Position numbers and translations under genes: made by a program. Below, piece by piece: positions 9,359 to 19,354 of a stretch of DNA of 41,235 bases. Where the stretch lies: the NCBI GenBank assembly GCA_964654465.1, contig CAZZIO010000049.1, positions 1 to 41,235 of the forward strand, read 5' to 3'. How positions within the stretch are numbered: position 1 is the first letter of the stretch; every line of letters begins with the position of its first letter. The notes under the pieces were generated by a model. The model searched no databases and was not told where the DNA came from. It saw nothing but the letters and a program-made list of their open reading frames with translations. The DNA is from an uncultured Dictyoglomota bacterium (GTDB taxonomy: Bacteria; Dictyoglomota; Dictyoglomia; Dictyoglomales; Dictyoglomaceae).

Positions 9359-9817
9359 TTATTTCTTTTCTATCAGTTCGTCTAATTTACTGAGTACCTC
9401 TTCTACGTGTCCATCTACTTTTACATTTTTCCATGAATATACAATCTCTCCCTCTGGAGAGATAATAAAGGTGCTTCTTATTGGGCCTTCCGTCTCTTTA
9501 CCATACATTTTCTTCTTTCCCCATGCCCCATATAGTTTAATTACCTCTACATTTGGATCAGAAAGGAGAGTAATTTTTAAATTATTTTTTTCCACAAACT
9601 TTTTATGACTTTCTATAGAATCTTTGCTTATTCCCACGACTTCTACATTCCTTTTATTGAATTCTTCGATCTTTTCTGAGAAATTTACAGCTTCTTTTGT
9701 ACAACCTGATGTCATATCTTTTGGATAAAAATACAGTACTACCCATTTACCCTTAAAGTCTGAGAGACGCCAATCTTTTCCATTTTGATCTTTTAATGTA
9801 AAATCTATAGCTTTCAT
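9359..9817 (-). CDS. bcp: Peroxiredoxin BCP/PrxQ (single Cys)
   Basis: YFYPKD.TSGCTKEA peroxidatic motif, RSTFII; only one Cys in the protein. Confidence 0.9.
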   Translation of the reverse strand: MKAIDFTLKDQNGKDWRLSDFKGKWVVLYFYPKDMTSGCTKEAVNFSEKIEEFNKRNVEVVGISKDSIESHKKFVEKNNLKITLLSDPNVEVIKLYGAWGKKKMYGKETEGPIRSTFIISPEGEIVYSWKNVKVDGHVEEVLSKLDELIEKK

Positions 9818-10887
9818 AAATTCTCTTCCGCCTCTTTTACTAATTCATTAATCAGATCTTTTACACTTACAATTTTGTCAACCCTGTAAGCATTAGCTCC
9901 TGCAAAAGCAAATCCTGCTTTTAAGTTTCCCTTTTTGGCATTTAGTAATGCCAAGGCTATGCAATATGGAGTATTTTTATAATCACATGTCCTTATGCAT
10001 TGAAATACACATTTGTATGGTTTCTTTTCTCCCCTTTCAACTGCCTCTAAAAACTCATTTTTTATGGCTCTTCCAGGAAGCCCTACTGGACTTTTTATAA
10101 TAACTACGTCCTCTTTTTTAGCCCTTAAGTATTCTTGTTTGAATTTTTCATCCGCATCGCATTCATAGGTAGCTACAAACCTTGTAGCTATCTGTACGCC
10201 ACTCGCCCCTAATTTAATGAATTTTGCTATATCTTTTCCATCATATATACCACCACCTGCAATTACAGGAATTTCTTTATCATATTTTTCTTCTAAGATT
10301 TTTATCTCATCTAATACTTCTTTTAATCTATTCTCTAAGGTTACATTAGGGTCTTCTAATTCTTCCTTCTTAAATCCTAAATGACCCCCTGCTAATGGCC
10401 CCTCTACTACAAAGGCATCAGGTACATAATTGTACTTTTCAATCCAGCTTTTGGCTATGATTTTAGCTGCCCTTGCCGAGGAGACAATTGGGACCAATTT
10501 TGTAACTGCTCCTTTTATAAGATATTTAGGAAGGTCTAAAGGAAGACCGGCCCCTGAAAAAATAATATCTACCTTTTCTTCTATTGAAGTTTTTACCATA
10601 TCTGCAAAATTAGAAAGGGCTACCATTATATTTACTCCAATTATACCCTTTGTTTTTTCTTTTGCTTTTCTTATTTCATTTCTTAACGCTCTAATATTAG
10701 CTTCAATAAAATTTTCAAAAAAATCTGGTTCATCCATACCAATACCTGCTGTACCAATTACGCCTATACCTCCTGCCTCTGCTACAGCTGATGCAAGTCC
10801 TGAAAGAGATATTCCAACAGCCATACCTCCTTGTACTATTGGTATTTTGGCTACTAAATCCCCAATTCTAAGTTCTGGTAATTTCAT
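9814..10887 (-). CDS. FabX/UfaA-like FMN enzyme of the FabK/nitronate monooxygenase family with C-terminal 4-Cys cluster
   Basis: PIVQGGMAVGIS, VEGPLAGGHLG, KSPVGLPGRAI, CVFQCIRTC..PYCI and GANAYRVDKIVSV match the H. pylori FabX-type subfamily as I recall it. Confidence 0.75.
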   Translation of the reverse strand: MKLPELRIGDLVAKIPIVQGGMAVGISLSGLASAVAEAGGIGVIGTAGIGMDEPDFFENFIEANIRALRNEIRKAKEKTKGIIGVNIMVALSNFADMVKTSIEEKVDIIFSGAGLPLDLPKYLIKGAVTKLVPIVSSARAAKIIAKSWIEKYNYVPDAFVVEGPLAGGHLGFKKEELEDPNVTLENRLKEVLDEIKILEEKYDKEIPVIAGGGIYDGKDIAKFIKLGASGVQIATRFVATYECDADEKFKQEYLRAKKEDVVIIKSPVGLPGRAIKNEFLEAVERGEKKPYKCVFQCIRTCDYKNTPYCIALALLNAKKGNLKAGFAFAGANAYRVDKIVSVKDLINELVKEAEENL

Positions 10888-10905
10888 TTATTTCCTCCTC
10901 AAAAT

Positions 10906-11670
10906 TTATATACCCATAATATTGTATCCTGCATCTACATAGAGAACTTCTCCTGTAATTCCAGATGCAAGATCGCTTAAAAGAAAAACTGCAGAATCTC
11001 CTACTTCTCTATGTTCAATATTTCTTTTTAAAGGTGCTTTTTCTCTGTGATATTCAAGCATGTCACTAAATTTAGCTATACCTCTTGCAGCTAAGGTGTT
11101 TAATGGTCCTGCTGAGATAGCATTTACCCTTATATTTTCTTCTCCTAAATCATAGGCTAAATATCTAACTGAAGCTTCTAATGCTGCTTTTGCAACTCCC
11201 ATCACATTATAATTAGGAACTACCTTTTCAGCCCCATAATAGCTTAGGGTAATTATACTGGCAGGTTTGTTTAATATTCTTTTGAATATTCTGGTCATAG
11301 CTACAAAGGAATATACACTTATTTCTATGGCAGTTAAGAAAGCATCTTTAGAGGTTTCAACAAAGGGATTTTTTAAAGCATCTGATGGTGCATAGGCTAT
11401 AGAATGTACAAATCCATCTATCTTCCCTACATTTTTCTCAATTTCCTCAGCTACCTTTTCAATATTTTCATCTTTTGATACATCACATTCTACAATAAGT
11501 GGTTTTGGATTTAAGCCAGCTATTAATTCTTCTACATTTTCTCTTAATCTTTCATTTTGATACCCAATAATTACCTCTCCTCCAAATTTCATTATAGATT
11601 GAGAAATAGCCCAAGCAATACTTTTCTTATTTGCTACATTAAAAACAGCAAATTTTTTCCCCTCTAACAT
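10906..11670 (-). CDS. fabI: Enoyl-ACP reductase
   Basis: NKKSIAW, VHSIAYAP, YNVMGVAKAALEASVRYLA, GEVLYVDAG. Confidence 0.93.
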   Translation of the reverse strand: MLEGKKFAVFNVANKKSIAWAISQSIMKFGGEVIIGYQNERLRENVEELIAGLNPKPLIVECDVSKDENIEKVAEEIEKNVGKIDGFVHSIAYAPSDALKNPFVETSKDAFLTAIEISVYSFVAMTRIFKRILNKPASIITLSYYGAEKVVPNYNVMGVAKAALEASVRYLAYDLGEENIRVNAISAGPLNTLAARGIAKFSDMLEYHREKAPLKRNIEHREVGDSAVFLLSDLASGITGEVLYVDAGYNIMGI

Positions 11671-11736
11671 AAGACATACTCCTTTCTTTTTAGGGTTTAT
11701 TTTAAAAAATTATACCATAGTGGGGTTATGGGTTTA

Positions 11737-12510
11737 TTATTCTTCGGGATGTACAGTTATAACTTCTATTCCTTCTTTTTTAAGCTCTTCTATATAATGG
11801 GGTGGAACATTATCATCAATGATAATTTTATGCATAACATTTGTGGGTGCTACGAATGAGAAACATTCCTTTCCAAATTTACTATGATCTGCTACTCCTA
11901 TAATTTCTCTTCCCATCTCTATGATTAATTTTTTAATTTGGGATTCAGCTATACTTGCTGTATACATACCTTTTGAAGGTATAATTCCAGATATACCTAA
12001 AAATACCTTATCAACTCTAAATTCTCTTAAAACCCTTTCTGCCAATGGTCCAATGAGAGCAATAGTCTCTTTTCTAAGAACACCGCCTGTTAGTATTACT
12101 TCTACGCCTCTTGCGTTCAGAAGTTCTCTTGCTACTTCTATTGAATTGGTAAGCACTGTAAGATCATGTTTATTTTTTATATTTTTTGCTATTTGTAATG
12201 TAGTACTTCCTGCTTCAATAAATATGGATTCACCATCGTTTATGATCTCTGCAGCCTTTTTCCCAATTGCCATTTTTTCTTTAAGGTTTTGTCTTTTTTT
12301 AGTAGTAAAAAGAGGTTCAAAGGAAAAACTATGAGGTAGTATTGCTCCACCATGTGTTCTCTTAAGAAAACCCTCTTTTTCTAAGGCTTCAAGGTCTCTT
12401 CTTATTGTAGCTCCTGTTACATTAAATAATTTAACTAAGTCGTTAACTTTGATACTTCTTTCTTTTTCTAAAAGCTCAAGTATTTTGGATCTTCTTTCAT
12501 CAGGAAGCAT
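11737..12510 (-). CDS. DeoR/GlpR-family transcriptional regulator (candidate rhamnose/fucose repressor)
   Basis: HTH VTGATIRRDL..LE, RTHGGA, GSTT, TNS and DHSKFG sugar-phosphate sensor motifs. Confidence 0.92.
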   Translation of the reverse strand: MLPDERRSKILELLEKERSIKVNDLVKLFNVTGATIRRDLEALEKEGFLKRTHGGAILPHSFSFEPLFTTKKRQNLKEKMAIGKKAAEIINDGESIFIEAGSTTLQIAKNIKNKHDLTVLTNSIEVARELLNARGVEVILTGGVLRKETIALIGPLAERVLREFRVDKVFLGISGIIPSKGMYTASIAESQIKKLIIEMGREIIGVADHSKFGKECFSFVAPTNVMHKIIIDDNVPPHYIEELKKEGIEVITVHPEE

Positions 12511-12541
12511 AATTTATATCACCTAATTATTTTATTTCTGG

Positions 12542-12571
12542 ATAATAACATAAAAAATTGGTGATTGTCAA
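12542..12571 (-). promoter_or_regulatory. Promoter for the DeoR gene
   Basis: Minus strand TTGACA-18nt-TATTAT with TGn extension. Confidence 0.55.
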
Positions 12572-12797
12572 AAAAGGGGAAATTCCCTCACGTATCAGAT
12601 TCTTCTTAACCTTTAGCCATATTTTTCTGGAATAAATTATAAAAAGTTTTTGTTCAAAAGTTATATAATTTCATCTTGTATATTTAGATGTATAGGTCCC
12701 ATCTAAGTTATGCTTTATGGAGAATAATATTTATCTTTGTTATAGCTTTAAATAAGCTATATTTAAGGATTCGCTAATTTTTAATTTTTTAATCTTA

Positions 12798-12826
12798 TTG
12801 ACGATTTTTAATTTTTATAGTATTAT
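12798..12826 (+). promoter_or_regulatory. Promoter of the lacI-fucI-ABC operon
   Basis: TTGACG-17nt-TATTAT. Confidence 0.7.
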
Positions 12827-12840
12827 GTTACCGTTAACAT
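12825..12840. promoter_or_regulatory. LacI-family operator
   Basis: Near-palindrome ATGTTACCGTTAACAT with central CG, overlapping the -10 and TSS directly upstream of the LacI gene. Confidence 0.75.
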
Positions 12841-12871
12841 AAAAGTAGTAAATGAATAGGGGGATCTAAGA

Positions 12872-13894
12872 TTGGTAACTATTAAAGATGTGGCTAAAAG
12901 GGCTGGAGTATCAGTAATGACCGTTTCAAGGGTTATTAATGGGAGTAAAAATGTAAGTGAAAGTACCCGAAAGAAGGTCTTAAAAGCTATTGAAGAATTA
13001 GGCTATGTTCCTAATTCTGTTGCAAGAAGCTTGGTATTAAAGAAAACTTCTACTATAGGACTTGTGATCTCTGATATAACAAACCCATTTTTTACAACAA
13101 TTGCTCGTGGTGTAGAGGATACTGCAATTTCTGAACATTACACAGTAATAATATGTAGTACAGATGAAAATCCTGAAAAAGAATTAATGTATGTAGAAGT
13201 TTTGGCTAAAAGTAAAGTAGATGGTGTTATCTATGCCTCTGCGTCTGGGAAAAAAGCTCCCTTAAAATCTTTATTCCTTAAAAATATACCTATAGTCTTG
13301 ATTGATAGAACGATTGAAGGTGTTAATGACTTAGATATTGTAAGAGGAGATAGTGTATATGGGGCATATTTGTTAACAAAACATTTAATTGAATTAGGGC
13401 ATAAGAGAATAGGAATTGTGGTTGGAAGTACATTTATTTCTACAGCAAGAGATAGAGTAGAAGGATATAAAAAGGCTTTGAACGAGGCAAAAATTCCTAT
13501 TGATGATAGTTTAATAAAAATTAGCGAGAGATCTAAATTCTCTAAGGAAGATGGATATAGATTAACAAAAGAGTTATTAGAGATAAAAGATCCTCCAACA
13601 GCTGTTTTTGGGGGTAACAATTTAATGGCTATTGGTGCTATGTTGGCAATTAAAGAAAAAGGATTGGAAATTCCAGATGATATTTCTCTTGTTTCTTTTG
13701 ATGATATTGAGAGTTTGTCTGAGGTATATCCTTTTCTTACTGTAGTAAAACAGCCAGCCTATACAATGGGAGTTTTGGCTGCGGAACTTTTAATAAGGAG
13801 AATAGAGAATATAGATAAGATACAAGAAAAAAGAGAGATTATGTTGACTCCTGAATTAATTATAAGGAAGTCTACAGCTCCACCTAAGAATTAA
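12872..13894 (+). CDS. LacI-family transcriptional regulator
   Basis: TIKDVAKRAGVSVMTVSRVIN HTH, YVPN..ARSL hinge; TTG start with SD GGGGG. Confidence 0.95.
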   Translation: MVTIKDVAKRAGVSVMTVSRVINGSKNVSESTRKKVLKAIEELGYVPNSVARSLVLKKTSTIGLVISDITNPFFTTIARGVEDTAISEHYTVIICSTDENPEKELMYVEVLAKSKVDGVIYASASGKKAPLKSLFLKNIPIVLIDRTIEGVNDLDIVRGDSVYGAYLLTKHLIELGHKRIGIVVGSTFISTARDRVEGYKKALNEAKIPIDDSLIKISERSKFSKEDGYRLTKELLEIKDPPTAVFGGNNLMAIGAMLAIKEKGLEIPDDISLVSFDDIESLSEVYPFLTVVKQPAYTMGVLAAELLIRRIENIDKIQEKREIMLTPELIIRKSTAPPKN

Positions 13895-13916
13895 TTAAGA
13901 GGGGAGGATATTTTCT

Positions 13917-15737
13917 ATGAGTAGATTATTTCCTATTAGAGTTGGTGAAAAAAGGTTTATAGAGGATTACCCTAAGGTAGGAATTCGTCCAACTATAGAT
14001 GGAAGATATGGGGGTGTAAGAGAGACTTTAGAAGATCAAACTATGAATCTTGCAAAGGCAGTTGCAGAGTTTATTGAAAATAATGTTTATCTTCTCAATG
14101 GAGAAAAAGTTAAATGTGTAATCCCAGAAAGATGTATTGGAGGAGTTGCAGAAGCAAGAATGGCAGATGAGCTCTTTAGAAAAGAAGGAGTGGGAGTATC
14201 TATAACTGTTACTCCTTGTTGGTGTTATGGAGCGGAAACAATGGATATGAGTCTTGATATTCCAAAGGCTGTTTGGGGATTTAATGGTACAGAAAGACCA
14301 GGAGCAGTTTATCTTGCAGCAGTTTCAGCTGCTCACAATCAAAAAGGGCTTCCAGTATTTAAGATTTATGGAAAAGACGTTCAAGATAGAGATGATTACA
14401 CTATCCCCTCTGACGTAAAAGAAAAGATAATTAAGTTTGTAAAGAGTGCTTTAGCAGTAGCTATTATGAAAAACAAGTCTTATCTTTCTATAGGTAGTGT
14501 CTCTATGGGAATTGCAGGATCTATTGTTGATCCTGACTTCTTTGAGGATTATTTAGGGATGAGGGTTGAGTATGTTGATATGACAGAAATAATTCGTAGG
14601 ATTGAAAGAAAGATTTATGATGAAGAAGAATTCAACAGAGCAATGGAGTGGGTTAAAAAATATTTGAAAGAGGGGGAAGATCCTAATCCACCTGAAAAAA
14701 GGGTTGATGAGAAGAAAAAGCAGGAAGTATGGGAATTTGTAGTGAAGATGACGTTAATAATCAGAGATTTAATGGTTGGAAATAAAAAGTTAGAAGAACT
14801 TGGTTATCCTGAAGAAAGTTTAGGACATAATGCTATTGTAGCGGGATTTCAAGGGCAAAGACAATGGACAGATCATTTTCCAAATGGTGATTTTCCAGAG
14901 GCTATTTTAAATTCATCTTTTGATTGGAATGGATTAAGACAACCTTATATATTGGCAACAGAGAATGATAGTCTCAATGGAGTATGTATGTTATTTGGTC
15001 ATCTTCTAACTAACACTGCTCAGATTTTTGCTGATGTTAGAACTTATTGGAGCCCTGAAGCAATATATAGGGTTACAGGATGGAAGCCTGAAGGTTTAGC
15101 CCAAAATGGAGTAATTCATTTAATAAATTCTGGACCTGCTGCTCTTGACGGTACAGGAGAACAAGAAATAGATGGAAAACCAGCTATAAAGCCATTCTGG
15201 GAGATAACTGATGAGGAAGTTTTGAAATGTATTAATGTCACTAAATTCTGTTATGCTAACCTTGGATATTTTAGGGGTGGTGGTTTTTCTACGGACTTTA
15301 CTACAAGAGGAGGCATGCCAGTAACTATAAGTAGATTAAATATAGTTAAGGGGCTTGGCCCTGTTTTACAGATTGCAGAGGGTTACACAGTGGAACTTCC
15401 TCCCCATGTTCATGATATTCTGGATAGAAGAACAGATCCAACTTGGCCAACTACATGGTTTGTGCCTAAGCTTACTGGAAAGGGTGCCTTTAAAAGTGTT
15501 TACTCAGTAATGGAAAATTGGGGGGCAAATCACTGTGCTATTACTTATGGGCATGTGGGTGATCTTTTCATAACCCTTGCTTCCATTTTAAGGATTCCTG
15601 TTTGTATGCATAATGTGGAGGAAGATAGAATATTTAGACCAAGTGCTTGGTCTATGTTTGGTACTCAAGATTTAGAAGGAGCTGATTTCAGAGCCTGTTT
15701 AAACTTTGGACCACTCTATAAAAAAGTAAGAGGATAA
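13917..15737 (+). CDS. fucI: L-fucose isomerase
   Basis: [54 protein letters not shown]. Confidence 0.95.
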   Translation: MSRLFPIRVGEKRFIEDYPKVGIRPTIDGRYGGVRETLEDQTMNLAKAVAEFIENNVYLLNGEKVKCVIPERCIGGVAEARMADELFRKEGVGVSITVTPCWCYGAETMDMSLDIPKAVWGFNGTERPGAVYLAAVSAAHNQKGLPVFKIYGKDVQDRDDYTIPSDVKEKIIKFVKSALAVAIMKNKSYLSIGSVSMGIAGSIVDPDFFEDYLGMRVEYVDMTEIIRRIERKIYDEEEFNRAMEWVKKYLKEGEDPNPPEKRVDEKKKQEVWEFVVKMTLIIRDLMVGNKKLEELGYPEESLGHNAIVAGFQGQRQWTDHFPNGDFPEAILNSSFDWNGLRQPYILATENDSLNGVCMLFGHLLTNTAQIFADVRTYWSPEAIYRVTGWKPEGLAQNGVIHLINSGPAALDGTGEQEIDGKPAIKPFWEITDEEVLKCINVTKFCYANLGYFRGGGFSTDFTTRGGMPVTISRLNIVKGLGPVLQIAEGYTVELPPHVHDILDRRTDPTWPTTWFVPKLTGKGAFKSVYSVMENWGANHCAITYGHVGDLFITLASILRIPVCMHNVEEDRIFRPSAWSMFGTQDLEGADFRACLNFGPLYKKVRG

Positions 15738-15788
15738 TAAATTTTAAATAAGGGGGATGAAACTATAAATACTGAAACCTTAGTCTTA

Positions 15789-17291
15789 ATGGAAAATATA
15801 AATAAAAGCTTTCCTGGGGTACAAGCTTTAAAGAATGCTTATTTTGAGCTGAAACGTGGTGAGGTACATGCATTGGTTGGAGAAAATGGAGCGGGGAAGT
15901 CTACATTAATGAAGATATTAGTTGGAGCTTATAGAAAGGATTCAGGAAGGATTGTATATAAAGGAAAAGAGGTAGACATTCCTAATCCTCGTGTTGCACA
16001 AGAGATGGGTATAAGTATGGTTTTCCAAGAATTAAATTTAATGCCTCATCTCACAGTAGCTCAAAATATTTTTATAGGTAGAGAACCAAAAAAGAAAAAT
16101 ATACCAATATTCTTAGATGATGACGAGATTAATAAAAGAACAAAAGAACTTTTAGATATGCTTCATTTAAAAGTGGATCCAAAAGTAAAAGTTTCAGAAT
16201 TAACTGTTGGTAAACAGCAAATGGTTGAAATTGCTAAAGCCTTATCATTTAATTCAGAGGTAATAATTTTTGATGAGCCAACAGCTGCTTTAAGTGAAGC
16301 GGAAACAGAAGAGTTATTTAGTATCATAAGAAAGTTAAAATCTCAAGGAATAGGGATAATTTATATTTCCCATAGATTGGAAGAATTAAAACAAATAGCT
16401 GATAGAGTAACTGTAATGAGAGATGGACAATATATAGGAACAGAAAACATAGAAAATGTGACCATTGATAAGATTATAAGCATGATGGTGGGTAGAGAGA
16501 TTTATGAGACTCTTAGAGAAAAAGAAGTAGAGGAAGGGGCTGAAATTGTCTTAGCTGTTAGAAACTTAAGAAGAGGAAAGATATTAAAAAATATTAATTT
16601 TGAATTAAGAAAAGGGGAAATCTTAGGATTTGCAGGATTAATAGGAGCTGGAAGGACAGAGTTAGCAAGAGCAATATTTGGTGCCGATCCTATCAATTCC
16701 GGAGAAATATACGTAAAATCTAAAAAAGTTAATATTAAAAATCCATGGGATGCTATAAAGCACGGTATTGGATATCTATCTGAGGATAGGAAAAGATATG
16801 GTTTAATGCCAAATTTGGATGTGAAGACAAATATAATTTTGCCTTCTATGAGTGAATTTTTAAAAGCATTAGGTTTTGTTGATGATAAAAAGGCAGAGAA
16901 AGTTTCAAATGAATATGTTCAGAGGTTAAAGATAAGGACACCATCTATTAGGCAAAAGGTTATGAATTTATCTGGAGGAAATCAACAAAAGGTTGTAGTC
17001 GCAAAATGGCTTTTAAGAAATTGTGACATACTCATCTTTGATGAACCTACGAGAGGTATAGATGTGGGAGCGAAAAATGAAATATATAAGCTTATTAATG
17101 AATTAATAAAAGAAGGAAAATCAATTATAATGATCTCCTCGGAGCTTCCTGAAATATTAAGAATGAGTCATAGAATTGCGGTTATGTGTGAAGGCAGAAT
17201 AACAGGGATTCTGAATTCTGAAGAAGCCACTGAGGAGAAAATATTGAAATATGCTACCATGTATGAAGACCAAAAGGAGGTTTTAATTTAA
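15789..17291 (+). CDS. Sugar ABC transporter ATPase (RbsA/MglA type, two NBDs); the true start may be the in-frame ATA at 15765
   Basis: GENGAGKST, DEPT, LSGGNQQK, DEPTRGIDVGAK. Confidence 0.93.
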   Translation: MENINKSFPGVQALKNAYFELKRGEVHALVGENGAGKSTLMKILVGAYRKDSGRIVYKGKEVDIPNPRVAQEMGISMVFQELNLMPHLTVAQNIFIGREPKKKNIPIFLDDDEINKRTKELLDMLHLKVDPKVKVSELTVGKQQMVEIAKALSFNSEVIIFDEPTAALSEAETEELFSIIRKLKSQGIGIIYISHRLEELKQIADRVTVMRDGQYIGTENIENVTIDKIISMMVGREIYETLREKEVEEGAEIVLAVRNLRRGKILKNINFELRKGEILGFAGLIGAGRTELARAIFGADPINSGEIYVKSKKVNIKNPWDAIKHGIGYLSEDRKRYGLMPNLDVKTNIILPSMSEFLKALGFVDDKKAEKVSNEYVQRLKIRTPSIRQKVMNLSGGNQQKVVVAKWLLRNCDILIFDEPTRGIDVGAKNEIYKLINELIKEGKSIIMISSELPEILRMSHRIAVMCEGRITGILNSEEATEEKILKYATMYEDQKEVLI

Positions 17292-18278
17292 ATGGTTAAT
17301 AAATTATCAACTATTTTCTCTAAGAGTGGACTAAGACAAATTTTAATGTTTGCAAGTCTCTTTTTGCTTTTTACCTTTTTCTCAATTGCATCACCTAATT
17401 TTTTGACTTATGAAAATGTGGTTGCGATTTTGCTTGCTACTTGTGTAAATGGTCTTCTCGCTCTTGGTGTAACCTTTGTTATTATAACAGGTGGTATTGA
17501 CCTTTCTATAGGTACTGTTATGACTATATCCTCTGTGATGAGTGGTGTTTTTATATCTTTTTGGAAATTACCAGTATTTATTGGTGTTTTAGGGGGAATA
17601 TTAACAGGTACCTTAGCTGGTTTTATTAATGGGTTTGTTATATCAAAAATGAAATTACCTCCTTTTATTGCAACTCTGGGTATGATGATGATTGCAAAAG
17701 GTTTGGCTTTGGTTATATCAGGCTGTAAACCAATTTACTTTATGGATGCTCCTATATTTAATAAGATTGCTATGGGTTCTATTATAGGAAAAATAATACC
17801 AGGTATCGGAGAATTCCCTAATGCGATTTTGTGGTTTATCCTTTTCATAATTATTGCGAATATTCTTCTCAACAGAACCGCTCTTGGAAGATATACCTTT
17901 GCTATAGGAAGCAATGAAGATGCAGCAAGATTATCAGGTCTGAATGTTGATAAATGGAAGATAATAATATACTCCTTATGTGGAACTTTTGTGGGTATTG
18001 CTGGTGTCATAATGGCTTCAAGATTAAATTCTGCACAACCAGCTTTAGGTCAAGGATATGAATTGGATGCTATTGCAGCTGTAGTAATAGGAGGCACATC
18101 ATTGAGGGGTGGAGAGGGCTCTATAATAGGAACAGTCATAGGTGCATTAATTATGAGTACTTTAACTAATGGTTTAAGAATTCTCTCTGTACCTCAAGAA
18201 TGGCAGATTGTAGTAAGTGGAATTATAGTTATTGGTGCTGTTTATCTTGATATGATGAGAAGGAGCAGAGAGATATGA
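17292..18278 (+). CDS. Sugar ABC permease (RbsC type)
   Basis: GGIDLSIG, GSNE.AA.LSG, YELDAIAAVVIGGTSL.GG.G. Confidence 0.93.
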   Translation: MVNKLSTIFSKSGLRQILMFASLFLLFTFFSIASPNFLTYENVVAILLATCVNGLLALGVTFVIITGGIDLSIGTVMTISSVMSGVFISFWKLPVFIGVLGGILTGTLAGFINGFVISKMKLPPFIATLGMMMIAKGLALVISGCKPIYFMDAPIFNKIAMGSIIGKIIPGIGEFPNAILWFILFIIIANILLNRTALGRYTFAIGSNEDAARLSGLNVDKWKIIIYSLCGTFVGIAGVIMASRLNSAQPALGQGYELDAIAAVVIGGTSLRGGEGSIIGTVIGALIMSTLTNGLRILSVPQEWQIVVSGIIVIGAVYLDMMRRSREI

Positions 18279-18346
18279 TAATCTGGGTAATATTTGCCCA
18301 AAAGGCAAATATTATAAAAAATCCTTTAACGGGGGAGGTTTAAAAA

Positions 18347-19285
18347 ATGAAGCGCTTCCTAATTGTATCCTTAATGTTCATTTTCCTTATTGGTCTTTCC
18401 ATTACGTCCGCCCAAAGACCATACATTGCTATGGTCTCCAAAGGGTTCCAGCATCAGTTCTGGCAAGCAGTAAAAAGTGGTGCTGAAAAAGCAGCAAAGG
18501 ATTTAGGCGTAACTATAACCTTTGAAGGTCCAGAATCTGAAGCAATGGTAGATAAACAGATTGAAATGCTTCAAGCAGCTCTTGCTAAGAAACCTGCAGC
18601 TCTTTGTATTGCAGCTCTTGATAGCAAAGCAGTTATACCATATCTTGAGAAAGCACGTCAAATGGGTATTCCTGTAATTGGATTTGACTCTGGAGTAGAT
18701 AGTGATATTCCTGTAACAACAGTTGCAACAGATAATATAAAGGCTGCGGGTCATGCTGCTGATAAGATGGCAGAATTTATAGGAAGGATTGGTGAAGTTG
18801 CTTTAGTAGTACATGACCAAACAAGTAGAACTGGAATTGATAGAAGAGATGGATTTGTAAATAGGATTAAACAAAAGTATCCATTAATAAAAATAGTTGA
18901 TATTCAATATGGTGGTGGTGATCATCTTAAATCTACAGATCTAACAAAAGCTATTATACAAGCTCATCCAAGATTGAAGGGTATTTTTGGAGCGAATGAA
19001 GGGTCTGCTATTGGAGTAATTAATGCAGTTAGAGAGATGAATAAGGTAGGAAAGATAGTAGTGATAGGATATGACTCTGGAAAACTGCAGATTGAAGCAA
19101 TTAAATCTGGTTTAATGAAAGGTGCTATAACCCAAAATCCAGTTGGAATGGGTTATATGGCTGTTGAGGCTGCTGTAAAAGCGATTAAGGGTGAAAAGTT
19201 ACCAAAATTCATAGACAGTGGTTTCTATTGGTATGATAAGACAAATATTGATGATCCTAAGATAAGAGAGTGTCTATACGAGTAA
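18347..19285 (+). CDS. Sugar ABC substrate-binding protein (RbsB-like; candidate L-fucose binder)
   Basis: Signal peptide; KGFQHQFW, FDSG, ATDN, GYDSG, QNP..MGY; lies in the fucI operon. Confidence 0.9.
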   Translation: MKRFLIVSLMFIFLIGLSITSAQRPYIAMVSKGFQHQFWQAVKSGAEKAAKDLGVTITFEGPESEAMVDKQIEMLQAALAKKPAALCIAALDSKAVIPYLEKARQMGIPVIGFDSGVDSDIPVTTVATDNIKAAGHAADKMAEFIGRIGEVALVVHDQTSRTGIDRRDGFVNRIKQKYPLIKIVDIQYGGGDHLKSTDLTKAIIQAHPRLKGIFGANEGSAIGVINAVREMNKVGKIVVIGYDSGKLQIEAIKSGLMKGAITQNPVGMGYMAVEAAVKAIKGEKLPKFIDSGFYWYDKTNIDDPKIRECLYE

Positions 19286-19301
19286 GAGATAGAAAAAGGT
19301 A

Positions 19302-19343
19302 AATAAAGAAGGGGAAGGCTTTTTTGCCTTCCCCTTCTTTATT
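19302..19343. terminator. Bidirectional intrinsic terminator
   Basis: AATAAAGAAGGGGAAGGC-TTTTTT-GCCTTCCCCTTCTTTATT, 18-bp stem between convergent genes. Confidence 0.88.
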
Positions 19344-19354
19344 ACTATCTTTTT

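Noticed and set aside
10430-10942. 170-aa plus-strand ORF and similar antisense ORFs (e.g. 4336-4689, 11921-12334, 13231-13620, 24213-24650, 32815-33147)
   Set aside because: Shadow frames opposite well-supported genes, with the Ile/Ser/Pro/Phe-rich composition expected of antisense reading.
12684-12761. Short inverted repeats TTAGATG/CATCTAA and TATAGCTT/AAGCTATA in the DeoR-LacI intergenic region
   Set aside because: 7-8 bp AT-rich arms can arise by chance, and they do not recur at other promoters in the window.
16959-16996. 38-bp exact repeat, also at 22471-22508
   Set aside because: Encodes the conserved ABC signature VMNLSGGNQQKV in two paralogous ATPases; protein constraint plus codon bias explains it, though gene conversion cannot be excluded.
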